DNA from: the human T2T-CHM13v2.0 reference genome, Homo sapiens
Assembly (NCBI RefSeq): GCF_009914755.1
Contig: NC_060925.1
Strand: one strand, 5' to 3'
Length of the DNA stretch: 64,000 nt
Shown here: positions 11,109-25,872 of the stretch, piece by piece
Layout: every line of letters begins with the position of its first letter
How positions within the stretch are numbered: position 1 is the first letter of the stretch
The notes under the pieces: model-generated
What the model was told of the DNA's origin: nothing
The model's input: only the letters and a program-made list of their open reading frames with translations
Database searches by the model: none
Position numbers and translations under genes: made by a program

Positions 11109-12419
11109 AGACCACGTCTGCCTTGTGCCTGTCCCCTGGAGTTCGTTCCCCTCCCTCCAGATCTGGCTCTCCAAGCCCTGCCCCTTCCGTGCCATCCCTC
11201 AGGTTCTGCAGGGCACTGGCCACTTCTGCACAGCCAGGCCTTCCCACCCTACCCCCGAGATTCACACAGCAGGGTCCACTCCCTCCCAGGCTTGGCTTCC
11301 CCAGGCTGAGGGCTGGGCATTGGCACCCTTCCACAGACCACATGAGTCAGCTCCCTCCCCACCCAACAAGGCCAGTGCTGGCTCTGTCTGAGGTCCCTTT
11401 GTTCAGGTCTCTTCTGAAGAAAGGCACCAGAGGCTCCAGCTCTGGCCATAATGCCCCAGATGAAGCTTGACAGGAGAACTGGACACAACAGGCCAGGTAG
11501 GGATGGGACGCCTGGATACTGCCTTGGGCCTGAGTGGGCAGGGAAGAGGCAAAGATATGCTATCGTGGATCCTAGGCTGGCTACAAGGCTCTCAGATGCC
11601 AACCCACCTCCCTCCTGTCCTTTTACACTCCCTGGGCCCCCTGCCCCCTGCAGCCCAGGGCCCCTCACTGCCTCCCCCACCAGCTGCTCACTGAACCCCT
11701 TGCAGCTCTTGGAGAGGGCAAGCTGAGATTCTGGAGCCAGAAACTCCTGGGTCCTTTTCTACACTAACTCACTTTGTGACCGTCTTCTCTCTTGGCCTTC
11801 ATTTCCTCAACTGTGCAATGGGAGCAGTGCACCCCTCTTGGGTGTGAAGGGCCCAGCAGAGGGCCCAGTGCAAAGCTGGCATCAGTGCATGTTTGTGCGA
11901 TGGGCAGACGGGTTGTGGGGGTCAGTAGCCTTGACTACAGGGACAGGGACTCTGCTCACCTCCAGGCTGTCTTCCTTGCCTTTCTTTCCTTGAAGGGAGT
12001 GGTTCCCTCTGAGTGCCTATGCTAATGAGCTCCCTGCAGCCCCATCTGCATAAGGAGCTTCTGACTCGGTTTCTCTGGGTCAAGCTCAGGCCATGGAGGC
12101 ATCTTAAGGTCAGCTTCAGGTGGGAAAAGTAGGTAGGGGTGTTGGGAGGCAGATCCAGTTCCAATCTTGATTTCACCAAGTTCTTATCGAAGAAACTCCT
12201 GGAAAACTGTTTTCCATTGTCTGAGCCTCAGTTTCATCTTCTGGAAAATGGAGCAATGACACCCTGTTAAAGGAGCTCCATGAGAAGGTGCAACTCAGAG
12301 TAGGTACCTCGTGCCCACACCCACCACAGTCTGGGTTGCATCTACACTTGCCCTCTCACCTCTCGGTCCCTAACTCCTCTGAGCTGCAGTAGCTCAAAAG
12401 CAGCTCAAACTCAGCTTAT

Positions 12420-12990
12420 CTCACCCTCAGCTCCTTACCCCACCCTAGTAACTGCCCACCCTCCACTCACTGCACAGACCAGAAACCCAGGTGGGGTTTC
12501 CTTGATTCCTTTCTCTCCCTCAACTCCTTCCCTAGTCCCCAGACCCACAGCCCCAGAAGATTCCATCCTCACACACTCCTGCTGCCTCCTTCCTTGACTG
12601 CCCACTGGACTGGTGCAGGAGCCTGTTGGCGGTTCCCACATTCGTCTAGCTCCTTTCCAACCCTTTCCCCACACTGCAGCTAATGACTTTATCAGGCTCA
12701 CATGTGGTTCCTTGCTGAAAATCCTGCAGGGGCTTCTCAGTGCTTCTAGGAGGAAGAACACATGTCTCTGCTGGAGGTCCTGCATTATCTGGGCCCTATG
12801 ACGACCCCGTTAGATTTCAGGGCGCCTTCCCCTCACTTGGAGGTCCAGCCATCCTGGACTTCCTTTGTTGACCTTTCCCTCTGTCTGGAGTGTTCTTTCC
12901 CATCCCACCTCATTGCCTGGTTGCCACCTACTCACTCTCCAAATCTCAGCCCAGGCACAGCATCTCTAGAGAGGCTTGTCCTGAGCCCCC
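12420..12990 (+). mobile_element. L2 LINE 3' fragment
   Basis: ccttgattcctttctctccctc, cacactgcagc, tgctgaaaatcctgcagggg, ccctctgtctggagtgttct are typical L2 3' region motifs. Confidence 0.6.
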
Positions 12991-14519
12991 GGCAGGGTTG
13001 AATGCCTCTGCTGCAAGCTCCTGGCAGTCTGCGGCCTCTTCTTTGGGCCCTTTCTTGGTTATTACTAAACAAACCTTTGGGTGACCCTATGGCAGTCTTC
13101 TCTGTCCCACAGACCGCAAGCTCCCTGAGAACAGGGTTGCCTCTGTGCCTGCTTGCCTTGGCAGCTCCAATCCCTGCAGAGAATTTGGGATGAAACAGAT
13201 GCTTGATAAATATGGTCATATCCTCCTTGAACCCCTGGAGGCGTTCATTCTATGTCCTGAGTTTTGCACAAGATGTTCAGGCTGATTATTGGTTGGAGAG
13301 CTCACGATGTGGTGGAAAGAATCTTAGTCTGGGATTTCTGGGATTCAGGAGTCTTGAGTTCTAGCCCTGGTTCTGCTGTGTGACTCTGGGCAAATCACTG
13401 CCCCTCTCTGAGTCTGTGTTCTCACCATAACATCAAGGGGCTGTATTGTGCAAGATCAGAGCAATCTCTTCCAATCGGATTGGTACAGGAAAATTTCTTG
13501 AATAAGACAGGGCCTGTGCAGGGTCTTGAAATAAGAGCAGGACTGAGTGAGGTGGAGAAGGAAAGGCATTCCAGATGGGAGGAACAGCATGAGCAAAGGT
13601 GTGAATTCCATGTGTGGCTGGATGGAGGGTGGGAGGTGAGGCCCGGGTGAGCAGGAATGGTGGGGAGCAGGGACTGAACTCCCCTTCCCAAAGTCCTCTG
13701 GGGCCCCCAGCTGACTAGGATCCCAGTCCCAGCTCTGAGAATGGCTGGTTCAACCTGAAGCTGCCTTAATTGCAAGGCCCCTCAATTATCCACCCCACCC
13801 AGCACCTCCCGCCTCTGGCGTGGTGGGTTAATTTCTGGCTCTCCAGAGTTGTCCTGTTAATAGTCTTGTCTTCCTGTAACCGACAGCTCCCTCATCAGAT
13901 AGCGGCAAGGACGAGTCCTCCCGGGGGGAACCAGAGGCTCCTGCCTGCCGCCCTCTATGGCTAGGGAGATGGCGTCACCGCCCAGGAATGCTGCACCCAG
14001 GCCCCCTCCCCATTCCCAGCAGCTTATCTAGTCTGGAATCTTGTGTCTGGCTTTGTCATCTCCTGCCCTGTGCCGCCCCCTGCCACCCTCAGCCCACACA
14101 GTGTCCCCTAGAGCCGGCTCCTGTGGGGTTTTGGGTTAAAAGCCTGCCAAGATTGGTTTCTTGGTGCCTCGTTGGGCCAGGTCTGGAGCTCTGGCTTCTG
14201 GGGGTGAGGCTGGGTGCCGGCATCCTGGCTGAGGGATGGGTTGAGAGGCAGCAGTTCATGTGCAGGATACTGCAGGCTGGATTAGCAGGCTAAGATTGGG
14301 ATGGGTGGGAACTTTTCCTGCCAGAAAGAGCCCGGGTCCCTGAAACAGTGGGGACTACGGGATGGGAAGCAGGGATTTCATCCTGAACAATCAGCCCACC
14401 CAGTGGGCCCAGCATCGAAGCAGTGGGGAGAGACTGGGTGGGTGAGATCAGCCAAGTGTTTGCAGCAGGTGCTGAGTCCTGGGGTAAGGTTTGCCCCTTG
14501 TGGTCACCTAAAATGAAGT

Positions 14520-17500
14520 GCCCATCAAAGGCAAGACTTCAAAGGCCACTGGTGCCAGAGAACAGAATTAAGGGCAGAAGGAATTCAAGGACTGTTTTTA
14601 ATGGTACCAGACAGCTTAAAGAAAGGAAATGCGATGAAAAATCCCTAGAGCCTTAGCCCAAGGCATGGACCCAAACTCGAGAACTTTCTACGGTCTGGAA
14701 AAAGAATCTCATCTCCTATCAAGGCAGGGCAGACACGACCAAACACCAGATGCCTACTTTGATCTGGTGGGTTGCTGAGTTACAATATTAGTTGAATTCC
14801 CAAACTTTGCAGGGTTTTTACATAAATATCAGGAATTAATCCAGAAGAGGTGAGAGTTGAGAATCAGAATGAGGTAGACAGGATGGTGCACTCAGAGACC
14901 CAGACTTCCAAGCCCTACAGAGTGTCCCATGCTGGCCAAGCTGGCCCTTCTCCCCTCTTAAAGGGGTTGTTCTAGCTCCAGTCAAGATTCCTTGCCTAAG
15001 GGTATTCATTTGCAAGGCAGAAAACAACACTCCCTGCTTGTGCTTCCAGGCTTGTGACTAGATCAGATTCCAGCATGTTCCTGTTGACCAATTATAAAGA
15101 CAAACTTTGGAGGAGAAAGTTTACTTACCAACAGAATTACAAGACTTTACTAACTTGTCTTGGCAAAATCCTGGGCATACCACATGCGGATGGTTTATCA
15201 GAAGGAATATCATTTTAGATCTGATGTCAGGAATTAATCCAGAAGAGGTGAGAGTTGAGAATCAGAATGAGGGCAGACAGGATGGTGCACTCAGAGACCC
15301 AGACTTCCAAGCTCTACAGAGTGTCCCGTGCTGGCCAAGCTGGCCCTTCTCCGCTCTTAAAGGGGCTGTTTCAGCTCAAGTCAAGACTCCTTGCCTAAGG
15401 GTGTTCATTTGCAAGGGGGAAAACCATAGAAAGTTCCCGGGTTTGGGTCCATGCCTTGAGGTAAGGACCTAGGGATTTTTCATCCCTGTTTTCTTTCTTT
15501 AGGCTGTCTGGTGCCATTAAAAACAGACATTTCAATTCACAGTTCTAGAATTCCTTCTGCCTTCAATTCTGTTCTATGGCACCAGTGGCCTTAATTTCTT
15601 GATGTCAATGAGCCTGTCTGAGCTGTGGATTCAATATGCTGGATTCAAAACTCCCAGGAGCTGGGAGAGATTTCTTGATGTAAGAAATTCAGGAGAAAGA
15701 TGTCCTCCTATCCCAAACCCTGACCCTTAAGAGACCCCAGAAGTTACTCCCTTGTCTAAGACCTTATACATTATCATTGAGGAGGGGAGTGCCAACCTCT
15801 TTGAACCCCTCTGCCCCACCCAAAGGCTGTTCTCTGTGTATTAGGCATGCTGGTGGTAGTTGCCATTGTTAAATAAACCCCTTATATCAATGGAAAATAA
15901 GCCATTACAATAAAAAATGTCAGACCCTCACCCCACTCGATATGTCGTACCAGGCTGGGCACAGTGGATCGTGCCTGTAATCCCAACAGTTTGGGAGGCC
16001 GAAGTGGGAGGATTGCTTGAACCCAGGAGGTTGAGAGCAGCCTGGGCAATGTAGGGAGACCCCATCTCTACAAAAAAAAATAGAATCATAAAAATTAGTC
16101 AGGCATGATGGCATGTGCCTGTAATCCTAGCTACTTGGGAGGCTGAGGCAGGAGGATCACCTGAGCCCAGAAGGTTGAGGCTACAGTGAACTGTGATTGA
16201 GCTACTGTACTCCAGCCTGGGTGACAGAGTGAGACTCTGTCTAAAAAAAAAAAAAAAAAAAAAAAAATTCGGAACCTGGATCCCTTGAATGGAGTGGTCA
16301 GCGTTGAGGAAACACTATCTAATAATATAATTTAGTTCCTTAAACCTTCTCTTGTTCCTCTCCAAAAGGACCTGTGGCCATATTTCAGAATAACAGTGTA
16401 CTGGCGAAGATCCTAGATCTCTTGAAAATTAACCCTGAATTAATGCTAATTTCTAAAGACCCAGATTACCCAGAGATTTACCAATGAGAGTGGGGGTTTA
16501 CAGGGATCAGATGCTGAATGGAATGTTGATCTGAGTCTGCTCCATGAGAGGCAGCAGTACTATCAGTGGGTACTTCCCCAGGTTCTCAGTACAGAGTTAG
16601 AATAGATACTCTCCGGATTGGCAGATTTACTGCATGGTTCCCTGACCCATAGAGCAAGGACAGGCCAAGGGAAAGCCACTATAGGTTCCCAAATCACATC
16701 AAAATAGTAAGTCAAGGGCACTAATGCATATTAAACAGAACCACAAAGATAACATGACTGTGAAAGAAACATGCAGGGATTGTGCTTCCAGTTAACTTTC
16801 TAGTTTGGCCAGCGTGTAAATTGGATGAGTCTTGAAAAATGAAAATGGATGATTATAATTAATCAGGTGGTGATTCCAATTATAGTTCCACAATGTTCCA
16901 AAAGCGGTCTCATGATTGGAACAAATTAATGTAGATTTGACACCCAGAAACTATTTTCCCTCCTATATCCTGATCACCAGAGAACATCAGAACTACTTTA
17001 TTTTCTCATGGCAGGGACAAACAACAGCACACCTGCCATCTTGCCTCAGGGCTGAGTCAACTCTCCAACTCTATGCCATAAGTTAGTTCATGGGGACCTT
17101 GATCATTTCATCTTTTTATAGGCATCACACTGGTGCAGTACACTGGTGATGTCATGCTGATAGGTCCTAGAGATCATAAAACAGCAGGTACCTTGAAATA
17201 CAATTGTTTTCCAGAATGAGGGAGGAACAGCCTGTGAAAATACAGGGGTCTCAGTTAAGTTTGTGGACATAATGTCTTAGGAAATTCAGAATATTCCCTT
17301 CAAAACGAGGAACAAATAAATGAAGGTTGTTGAACTTTGCATCCCCGACCACTAAAAGGCATATCACTGGGTGGGCTATTCTAGATTTTAGAGGCAACAT
17401 ATACCACATTTGTGTCTGCTACTTCAAACTATTTCCTGAGCAATCAAAAGTGTCTTGCTTTGAATGGGGTCAGAGCTGGCTAAGACTCCAAACCAAGTCC

Positions 17501-19435
17501 TTAGGATCCATTAGATTCAATGGTGCTCGAAGAGTCTGTGGCAGACTGTGATGCTGCACGGAGCCTTTGGCAAGGCAAGATAGGAGAACCGCAGTAAAGG
17601 CCCTTCATTTTTGGAGCAAGGCCATGGCTTCTTTGGCAAATAACCATTCACCTTTTGAGAAACAGTTCCTGGCTTGCCCCTTGGCACTGTCAGAGGCTAA
17701 GCATCTGACCATAGACTACAAGGTAACCATTTAATCCAAGCTACCCGCTATGTCGTCTGACCCACCTAGCCATTAAACTGAGCATGCCCAGCAACGCCCC
17801 TCTCTCAAGTGGAAATGGTATAAATGGGTCTGGCCCTGGGCACATCCTGAAAGCACAGGTACATTGCATGAGCAAGTGGTTCACTCTTCCAGCATGCTGT
17901 GGCTTTCTCAGCCTACATTTGTGCTCACAGAAATGCCCTATAGCCAACTTATCGAAGAGAAAAAATTCTGAGCCTGGTTTACAAAGGACTCTGCATGGTA
18001 TGCTGGCACCAGCTGGAAGCAAGACCTTGTGATATTATAACCCCATTTAGAGTATCCCTGAAGGACAGAGTAGGGAAATCCTCACACTGGGTAGTACTTT
18101 GAGTGTTATATTTTACTCTCTTGATCTGGAAGAGCAGAAGGCCTAAGTTCTGCAGTGATTCATGGTAAGTGGCTAATGATTTGGACAGATGAACAGGGAC
18201 TTGGAAGAGACAAGACTGAAGGATAGGTAAAAAGGAAGCTTGGAAGAGGCATGTGGTTGGACTCTTAGAATGGATCCAGCATCATACGCATACTTACATC
18301 CCATGAGAGCACTCACCAGACGCTCCTAACAACCCTGGAAGGATCTTAATGAACAGATGGACAAGATGTGACCCACTTTGTGGATGCCAATTAGCCTCTT
18401 TTCTCAGGCACCCCAGTATTTGCTCAATGGACTCAATAAACAAGTTGGCCAACAATGTCACTGGTGGTGGATGGATGACATCAGACTCCTTTCTTCCTGG
18501 AAGGGGACTGGGATCTGTCCTCACTGGCATAATCACTTATTCTGGATTTGGATTCGCTTTCCCTGCCTGCCATAATCCATAATTCTTCCAGCAGCATCAT
18601 CTGCAGACTCACCAAATTCCTTCTCCACTGTCAGGGTGTCGCCTACAACATTGCTTTGGGCCAAGAAATTTATTTTACACAGAGAGAAGTACATCAGTGG
18701 ACTGAAGCCAATTAGATCCATTGGTCATACTAGGTGCCCCATTGCCCAGAAACAGCTGGACCAATAGAATTACAGAATGACCTAATGACGAATCAATTCC
18801 AGAAGCAGATGGAAGAATACAAACCACTGTGAAGCTGCAGTGCCATTTTACAGGATGCCATAGACACTCTTAACAAAGCTAGATCCATGGCCAGGGGAGC
18901 CAGGAAGCAGAAGCAGGGTGGTGCCTCTCACAGTTCCACCCAATCACTCCTGAAACTTGGGGCTTAGAAGGGCTAGTACCCAAGGAAGGAGCACTTCTAC
19001 TAGGGGATGTAAGTTGAATTCCAATTCAGCTTCCACTGAATTGGAAGTTGAGAATGCCAGCTGGTCATTTAAAACTCCTTATGTTGCTGAGTGAACAAGC
19101 AGAGAAAAGGAGTTATGATTTGGCTGGGGTTATTGACTTTGACTCCTAAGAGGAAATCAGCTTTCCCATGCTTAGTGGGAGCAGAGAGTAACAGTATGGA
19201 AACTGTTGTAATCTAAAAGTAACTGAAGACCTTTCTAGCTCTAGGTGGGCAGGCCCCGCCCAGTCTCAGATCCATAGGAATAACTGTTTAAGTCATCTTG
19301 CCAGGTAAAGGACCCTGCCTGGGAAAACAGGAAACTAATAAATGCCAACTGTTATGTGATAACCAGCAGCAGAAGGAGATGTAGTATTTCCCTTCATTTT
19401 CTTTTTCCTACCTTGTCATGTCTATGTTAGTATAT
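14520..19435 (+). mobile_element. Decayed class III ERV (ERV-L/HERV16-like) internal region: gag-pro-RT-RNaseH-integrase-dUTPase remnants
   Basis: Conceptual translations: protease region MRVGVYRDQMLNG (about 16485); RT LPQG*VNSP.LCH (17041) and degenerate YxDD as YTGDVMLIG (17139); SPFEKQFLAC...EAKHLT (about 17650); RNaseH AWFT..SA.YAGT (about 17972); integrase LTGIITYSGFGFAFPA (about 18520); dUTPase PLNWKLRMPAGH and AGVID (19030-19140). dUTPase after integrase is the ERV-L arrangement. Many stops and frameshifts; no LTRs recognised. Confidence 0.88.
15953..16267 (+). mobile_element. AluJ inserted in the ERV
   Basis: Full dimer with AluJ-type features (gaggattgcttga, gttgaggctacagtga) and an A25 tail. 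Confidence 0.92.
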
Positions 19436-19440
19436 TTTAA

Positions 19441-19552
19441 CCTAGTGCTTCTTAATCTCTAATGTACATGCCAATTATCTAAGGGATCTTGTTAAAATGC
19501 AGATTCTGAATTAAAAGGTCTCAGTTGAGGTCTGAGATTCTGCATTTCTAAG
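19441..19552. mobile_element. MER5A-like hAT-Charlie DNA transposon fragment
   Basis: gggatcttgttaaaatgcagattctgaatt...ggtctgagattctgcatttctaa. Confidence 0.75.
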
Positions 19553-19554
19553 TA

Positions 19555-19800
19555 GTCTTTCCTGACCTCTTTATAGAAAGCAGTCCTTCCCGAGCCACTC
19601 TTTCTATTTACCCTGCTTCCCCCACCTTCGTGACAGTGATCCTTGAGATTATTTATTCATTTATACATCTGTTCATTTATTGCCTGTCGCTTATACTACA
19701 TGTAAATTGCATGGGGAAAGAAATCTTGAATTTCTTATTTATCTTCATATTCTCAGCACCTAAGACAGTATGTGGCACATAGTAGGCACTCTGTAAATAT
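19555..19800 (+). mobile_element. L2 3' end
   Basis: cagcacctaagacagtatgtggcacatagtaggcactctgtaaatatt is the L2 terminus. Confidence 0.7.
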
Positions 19801-19803
19801 TCA

Positions 19804-20682
<879 letters not shown>

Positions 20683-21339
20683 CCTTCTCCAGGAAACCGA
20701 TGCCCACATCAGAGTCGAGGTGCCACTGGCCACCAATACAGTGACTCAGGCTAGGCCCTTCTTTGCCACTTTCTGATCCCCTGTAGCTGGTGAGAGTTTT
20801 CCTCACCAGGGCAGAGAAAGGGCTCAGAACATGGACCCCTCCCTGACCTCCTCAGAAGCAGCTGTGCCGAGCTTCTCCCTCCACCTGTATTGGTGCCCCC
20901 GAAGGCAGTGTTGATGGCTCCTGTCCCCCAGTGCTGGCCAAGGGCAGCATGGGTGTACCACAGGTCTCAGTCTACAGATGGGAAGCCTGAGGCCTTGCCC
21001 ACCATCACCCAGAAAGGCGGAGGGAGCCCCAGAGTCTCAGAGGTGCTGAGTGGGACTGGTTCTCTCCATGACTCAGGGCCCTGGTGCCTACTCCTGCGTG
21101 CCCCACCCAGGGCCCCCCTACTATACAAAGGGGTGGTGGCTGCTGCCCAGGCCCCAGTCTATTTTGTTTGCAATTATCTGGCCAGTAAGCCAGGAAACTG
21201 CAATGAGCAAGTTTTGGCAGATAGACCCATGTCTCTGCCCAAAGATTCCTGCTCCTGATAATCCCCCAGGAAACCCTGCTGCTTCACTCCTCCTTGGAGC
21301 TCCCTCGGATCCCTGCTCTGAGTTCCCGAGCAGCTATAA

Positions 21340-21920
<581 letters not shown>

Positions 21921-23586
21921 CAATGAAGACATTTTTTCAAGTTCCTATTATTCAGCTATTCAGTCACTCACTCACAAGTGCTTGCTGGGTCCCCACTATG
22001 TGCTCAGCACTGTGGGGTGAGCAAAAAAGATAGTGTGCTGGTAAACAACAGCAAAAAAAATAGTGTGCTTTTCCCCATAGGGCACACATTCTCCCGAGAA
22101 AGGCAGGCCAAAGGGAATTTTAATAATCATGCCTACTACCTACATACTTCCTCAGGCTTCAGTTAAAGTAGGCATGATTATTCTTATTAAATATATAAGG
22201 AAATTGAGGATCCAAGAAGTCAAAAAGCATGTGCAAGTTCACACAGCTGTTATATGTCAGACCTGAGGTTGGAATTTTCTCCTTTTAGTGGTTGACAGGT
22301 AAGGGCAGCAACCTGAGGTCAAGCAAGAAAGGGTCTTGGGAAGAGCCAATGAGATGGTCAAGTGCTCTGCAAGTGTAACCAGAATCACCTGCCTCACTAG
22401 CTTGGGAGTATTGTTTACACACATCTTAAAATTTTCCAGGTACTTGCTCAAAAACCTACCTGCACACTTAAGAGATGTCCTATACCTCCTGATCAAAGCC
22501 ATTAACTGCCTTTGTCTGAATGAACCCAGGAGATTTCTCTGACCAGAGGAGAGACTCCTGCTCCTAATGCTGAGACTTGAGAAATTCTAGTTCTCATCAG
22601 CCTATCAGCGTTTCTGCTTCTATTGCTGCCACATGGGGTCGCTGTTGAAGACATGTTCTGCACAGCTTTGTGAACCCTTGTCTTCTGTTGCAGTGGAGCC
22701 TGTGCTCCTGTGATCTCCACAGGTTGGCTCCAAGGTTATAGCTTCCTTAGACTCACATCTGCACCCTTGATGACTGGCCCCCAAAGCAAATTACTGTGCC
22801 AGGCCAAGAAGGGCTTCTAGCTTCAGCCATGTGGAAAACCAAAACCAGCCCTCTACTAACATCCCAGCCCCTGAACTGGGCCAGTGCCTTATTTCAGATC
22901 CTCCCTGCACTCGTGGAGGGCAGGAAGGTATTTAGTGTCTTCTCTGGACAATGGATTATCTCAACCTATAGGAGAGAACACTGAACATGGAGGATTTTTG
23001 GTCACTATGCAGACTTTCCCACCAATGCCTCAGAGACCAGCTCTGCAAACAAAGGGGGAGTGGGAGAAGCCTTTTCCAGGCCACAGTAAGTCCTGTCACA
23101 TCCTTCCCCAAAACCACAGGGGCCTCCTGGCTCTGTCTGGAGAGCTAAGAGAGACATGCCTTCCCCACACTGGTCAAGTGACACTTCCCTGAACAGGGAA
23201 GGTTTGTTCCAAGAGGCAGCTCTACTTACACTTCAACAGAGAAATAGCTGGCAGCTTCTCTCACCACTTGCCAACCCTAAATTAAACTCTTCTTTTCCAG
23301 GCACTCTGGTATAGAAGCATCTTCCTCTTTCATCCTCACAAACCACCTTGTGAAGAAGAAGCTGTTGTGAGGATTAAATGGAATGATGCATGATTTGTGG
23401 CAGGAAAAGAGTGGCTACTTAAGGAATGATGGGTGCTTTTCTGGATGGAGTTTGGGTTCCTCTTCAGCACTGAAAACCCATCTTAGGCCCCTTGCTTAAA
23501 GATTGCTTGACAACTACTTTCTTGATTCGATGTAACTCCCTCCCTGGCGGGAGGATAAAACAGGCTCTTTAATGCTTCCCCAGGCA

Positions 23587-23696
23587 AGGCAGAGGTTGCA
23601 GTGAACAGAGATCGTACCACCACACTCCAGCCTGGGCAACAGAGCAAGACTCTGTCTCAAACAAACAAACAAACAAACAAAAACAAACAAACAAAC
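23587..23696 (+). mobile_element. 5'-truncated Alu right-arm fragment with (CAAA)n tail
   Basis: ggcagaggttgcagtgaacagagatcgtacca...gactctgtctc followed by a (CAAA)n tail; ATGCTTCC on both sides (probable TSD). Confidence 0.88.
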
Positions 23697-24524
23697 CATG
23701 CTTCCTCAAGCTTCAGTTAAAAGGCCTTTCCCCCCTACTCCCCAACCATCGTGCTCACCCTGACCCCTCTAGATGGCACCACCAGGTCTGCCTGAGCATC
23801 TGGGAGAGGGAAAGTCTGTGGGCAAGATGTATCTGGAGTGGGTAAAAGGGAAACAGCAGAGCAGGCACTCCATCTGGCAGACAGGTGGGCAGATGGAGCC
23901 CCTGGGCCAGGCTGAGCAGAGGCCAGAGAGCTGAGCCCAGCTAGAGAAGGTGAGCAGGCAGTGCCCTGCCTACCTGGCTCCAAAGTCCTCATCCCTGCAA
24001 GATCTGAGTTGTGTTTGCAGCACTTCCCTGGATGGACTGCAAGTGGAGGCTGTGATCTGATCTGCCCTGTCATGGCATCACTGATGGGCAGTGCCACCCT
24101 GAGCTGGAGGGGGCTCATCCTGAACAAATGGCCTCCTGACAACAGGCCCTATGTTGGCATGGATGCCTCTGCCCTTCCCCCTTCAAGATCCCCAAATTTG
24201 AGCTTTTCCAACCAAGGCGGGTGACCTCTGAGTCCGGGGGTGAAGGAGCAGACACCTCTTGGTTCTCTGAAAAATGTCATTGGTGACAAGGGGTAGAGGG
24301 AAAGCACCAATTTGCTCTATGGCTTATCCAGATCCGGTTGCCTTCACAGGCCACAGTGCCCTCTCTCCAAGAGGACTGTTGAAGTTCCTTCTGGCTCTGA
24401 CATTCAGTGGCAAAATAACAATGACCAACCTTTGGAGCACTCATCTAATTAAATCCTCCTGAGCTAGTACAAATATTATCCCCAATTTATTGACAAGGAA
24501 ACTGCAGCTTAGAAAGGATAAGTA

Positions 24525-24833
24525 GGCCAGGTGCGGTGGCTCACACCTGTAATCACAGCACTTTGGGAGGCCGAGAGGGCGGATCACGAGGTCAGGAGAT
24601 TGAGACCATCCTGGCTAACACAGTGAAACACCGTCTCTACTAAAAAATACAAAAAATTAGCCGGGCGTGGTGACGGGCACCTGTAATCCCAGCTACTGAG
24701 GAGGCTGAGGCAGGAGAATGGCATGAACCCAGGAGGCGGAGCTTGCAGTGAGCCGAGACTGCGCCACTGCACTCCAGCTTGGGTGACAGAGCAAGACTCC
24801 ATCTCAAAAAAAAAAAAAAAAAGAAAGAAAAAA
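24525..24833 (+). mobile_element. AluY inserted in a MIR
   Basis: AluY diagnostics; exact TSD AGAAAGGATAAGTA at 24511-24524 and 24834-24847; MIR core continues (ttgcccaaggtcacccagc). Confidence 0.95.
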
Positions 24834-25734
24834 AGAAAGGATAAGTAAGTTGCCCAAGGTCACCCAGCTGCTTGGTGGCAAAGCCTGGATTCAAATCGGA
24901 GGTTCTCCAACTGTAGAGTCCAGCACACTTAACTCTTCTGCTATGCCATCCGTGCCCCCTTTGGACAGTGTGGAGATTAGTCAGTGCTAGTCTAGGCTGA
25001 TGTTTTGCTGATGACAATGAATTCATCCTCTGTTCTGGTTTCGTGCTCTGTGGCTTTAAGAAAACTTTCTTCTCTTTCTGCTTTAGTTTCTGAAGAAACT
25101 GGCCAAGCTGGCTTCGAACCGGCAGCCAAGAGAACTCCGTGGAGTATGTCAAGCAGGATCTTGCCTAAGAACACAGATGTGCGTGTGGAGGGGAGAGCCC
25201 AGGGAGTAATTAGGGCAATATCTCGAAGGGGGAGACGTGCCTCCTCTCGGGGGAAGACCGTGAGCCCATCTGTCAACAAGCCCTCCTTGACTCCTTCTCT
25301 GGGCTGGGCACTGTGGGGGGTAGAGGGATGCAGGAGCACAGAGCTCCCTCCCAGGTCTGAATGCTCTGACATGAAGACACCCCTTCTGCTCTCCTTCCCC
25401 AGAAGCCCCAACCCCCATACCCTAGAGCTCAAATCCTGTGAGGAGAGATAAGATTTATACATGTGAAAGTGAAGGAACAAAGGGATGATTTGCTCCAAGT
25501 GTGTGGTCTATTGGCTCTTTAATAAGCATTGATTGAGCTTTTTCAGAACCAGGACAGGGCTAGGCAAGGGAGACCCAGAGATGGAAGGGGCTGAGTCTCC
25601 CCTCTTAGCACAGGCCAGATGGAGGACAGGCTTGTTAGCCAATCAGGGCCAAAGAGAGGAAAGAAGCTTAGAAGCTTCACAGTAGCACGCAATAGGTGCC
25701 CAAGCACTTGCTTAAATACTTACTGTGGATTTTT

Positions 25735-25872
25735 AAATTTTTAATGTTCTTAAAAATGGAGATGGGGTCTACACTATGTTGCCCTGGCTGGTGTCAAACT
25801 CCTGGGCTCAAGCGATCCTCCTGCCTTAGCCTCTCAAGTAACTGGGACCACAGGCATGAGCCTACACCCAGT
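25735..25872 (-). mobile_element. Alu monomer (FLAM-like)
   Basis: Single antisense left monomer: gagatggggtct...ctcctgggctcaagcgatcctcctgcc...acaggcatgagcc. Confidence 0.8.

Noticed and set aside
17327-18721. ERV pol ORF fragments as a possibly domesticated gene
   Set aside because: All under 100 aa with frameshifts and stops; RT YxDD and integrase zinc finger destroyed
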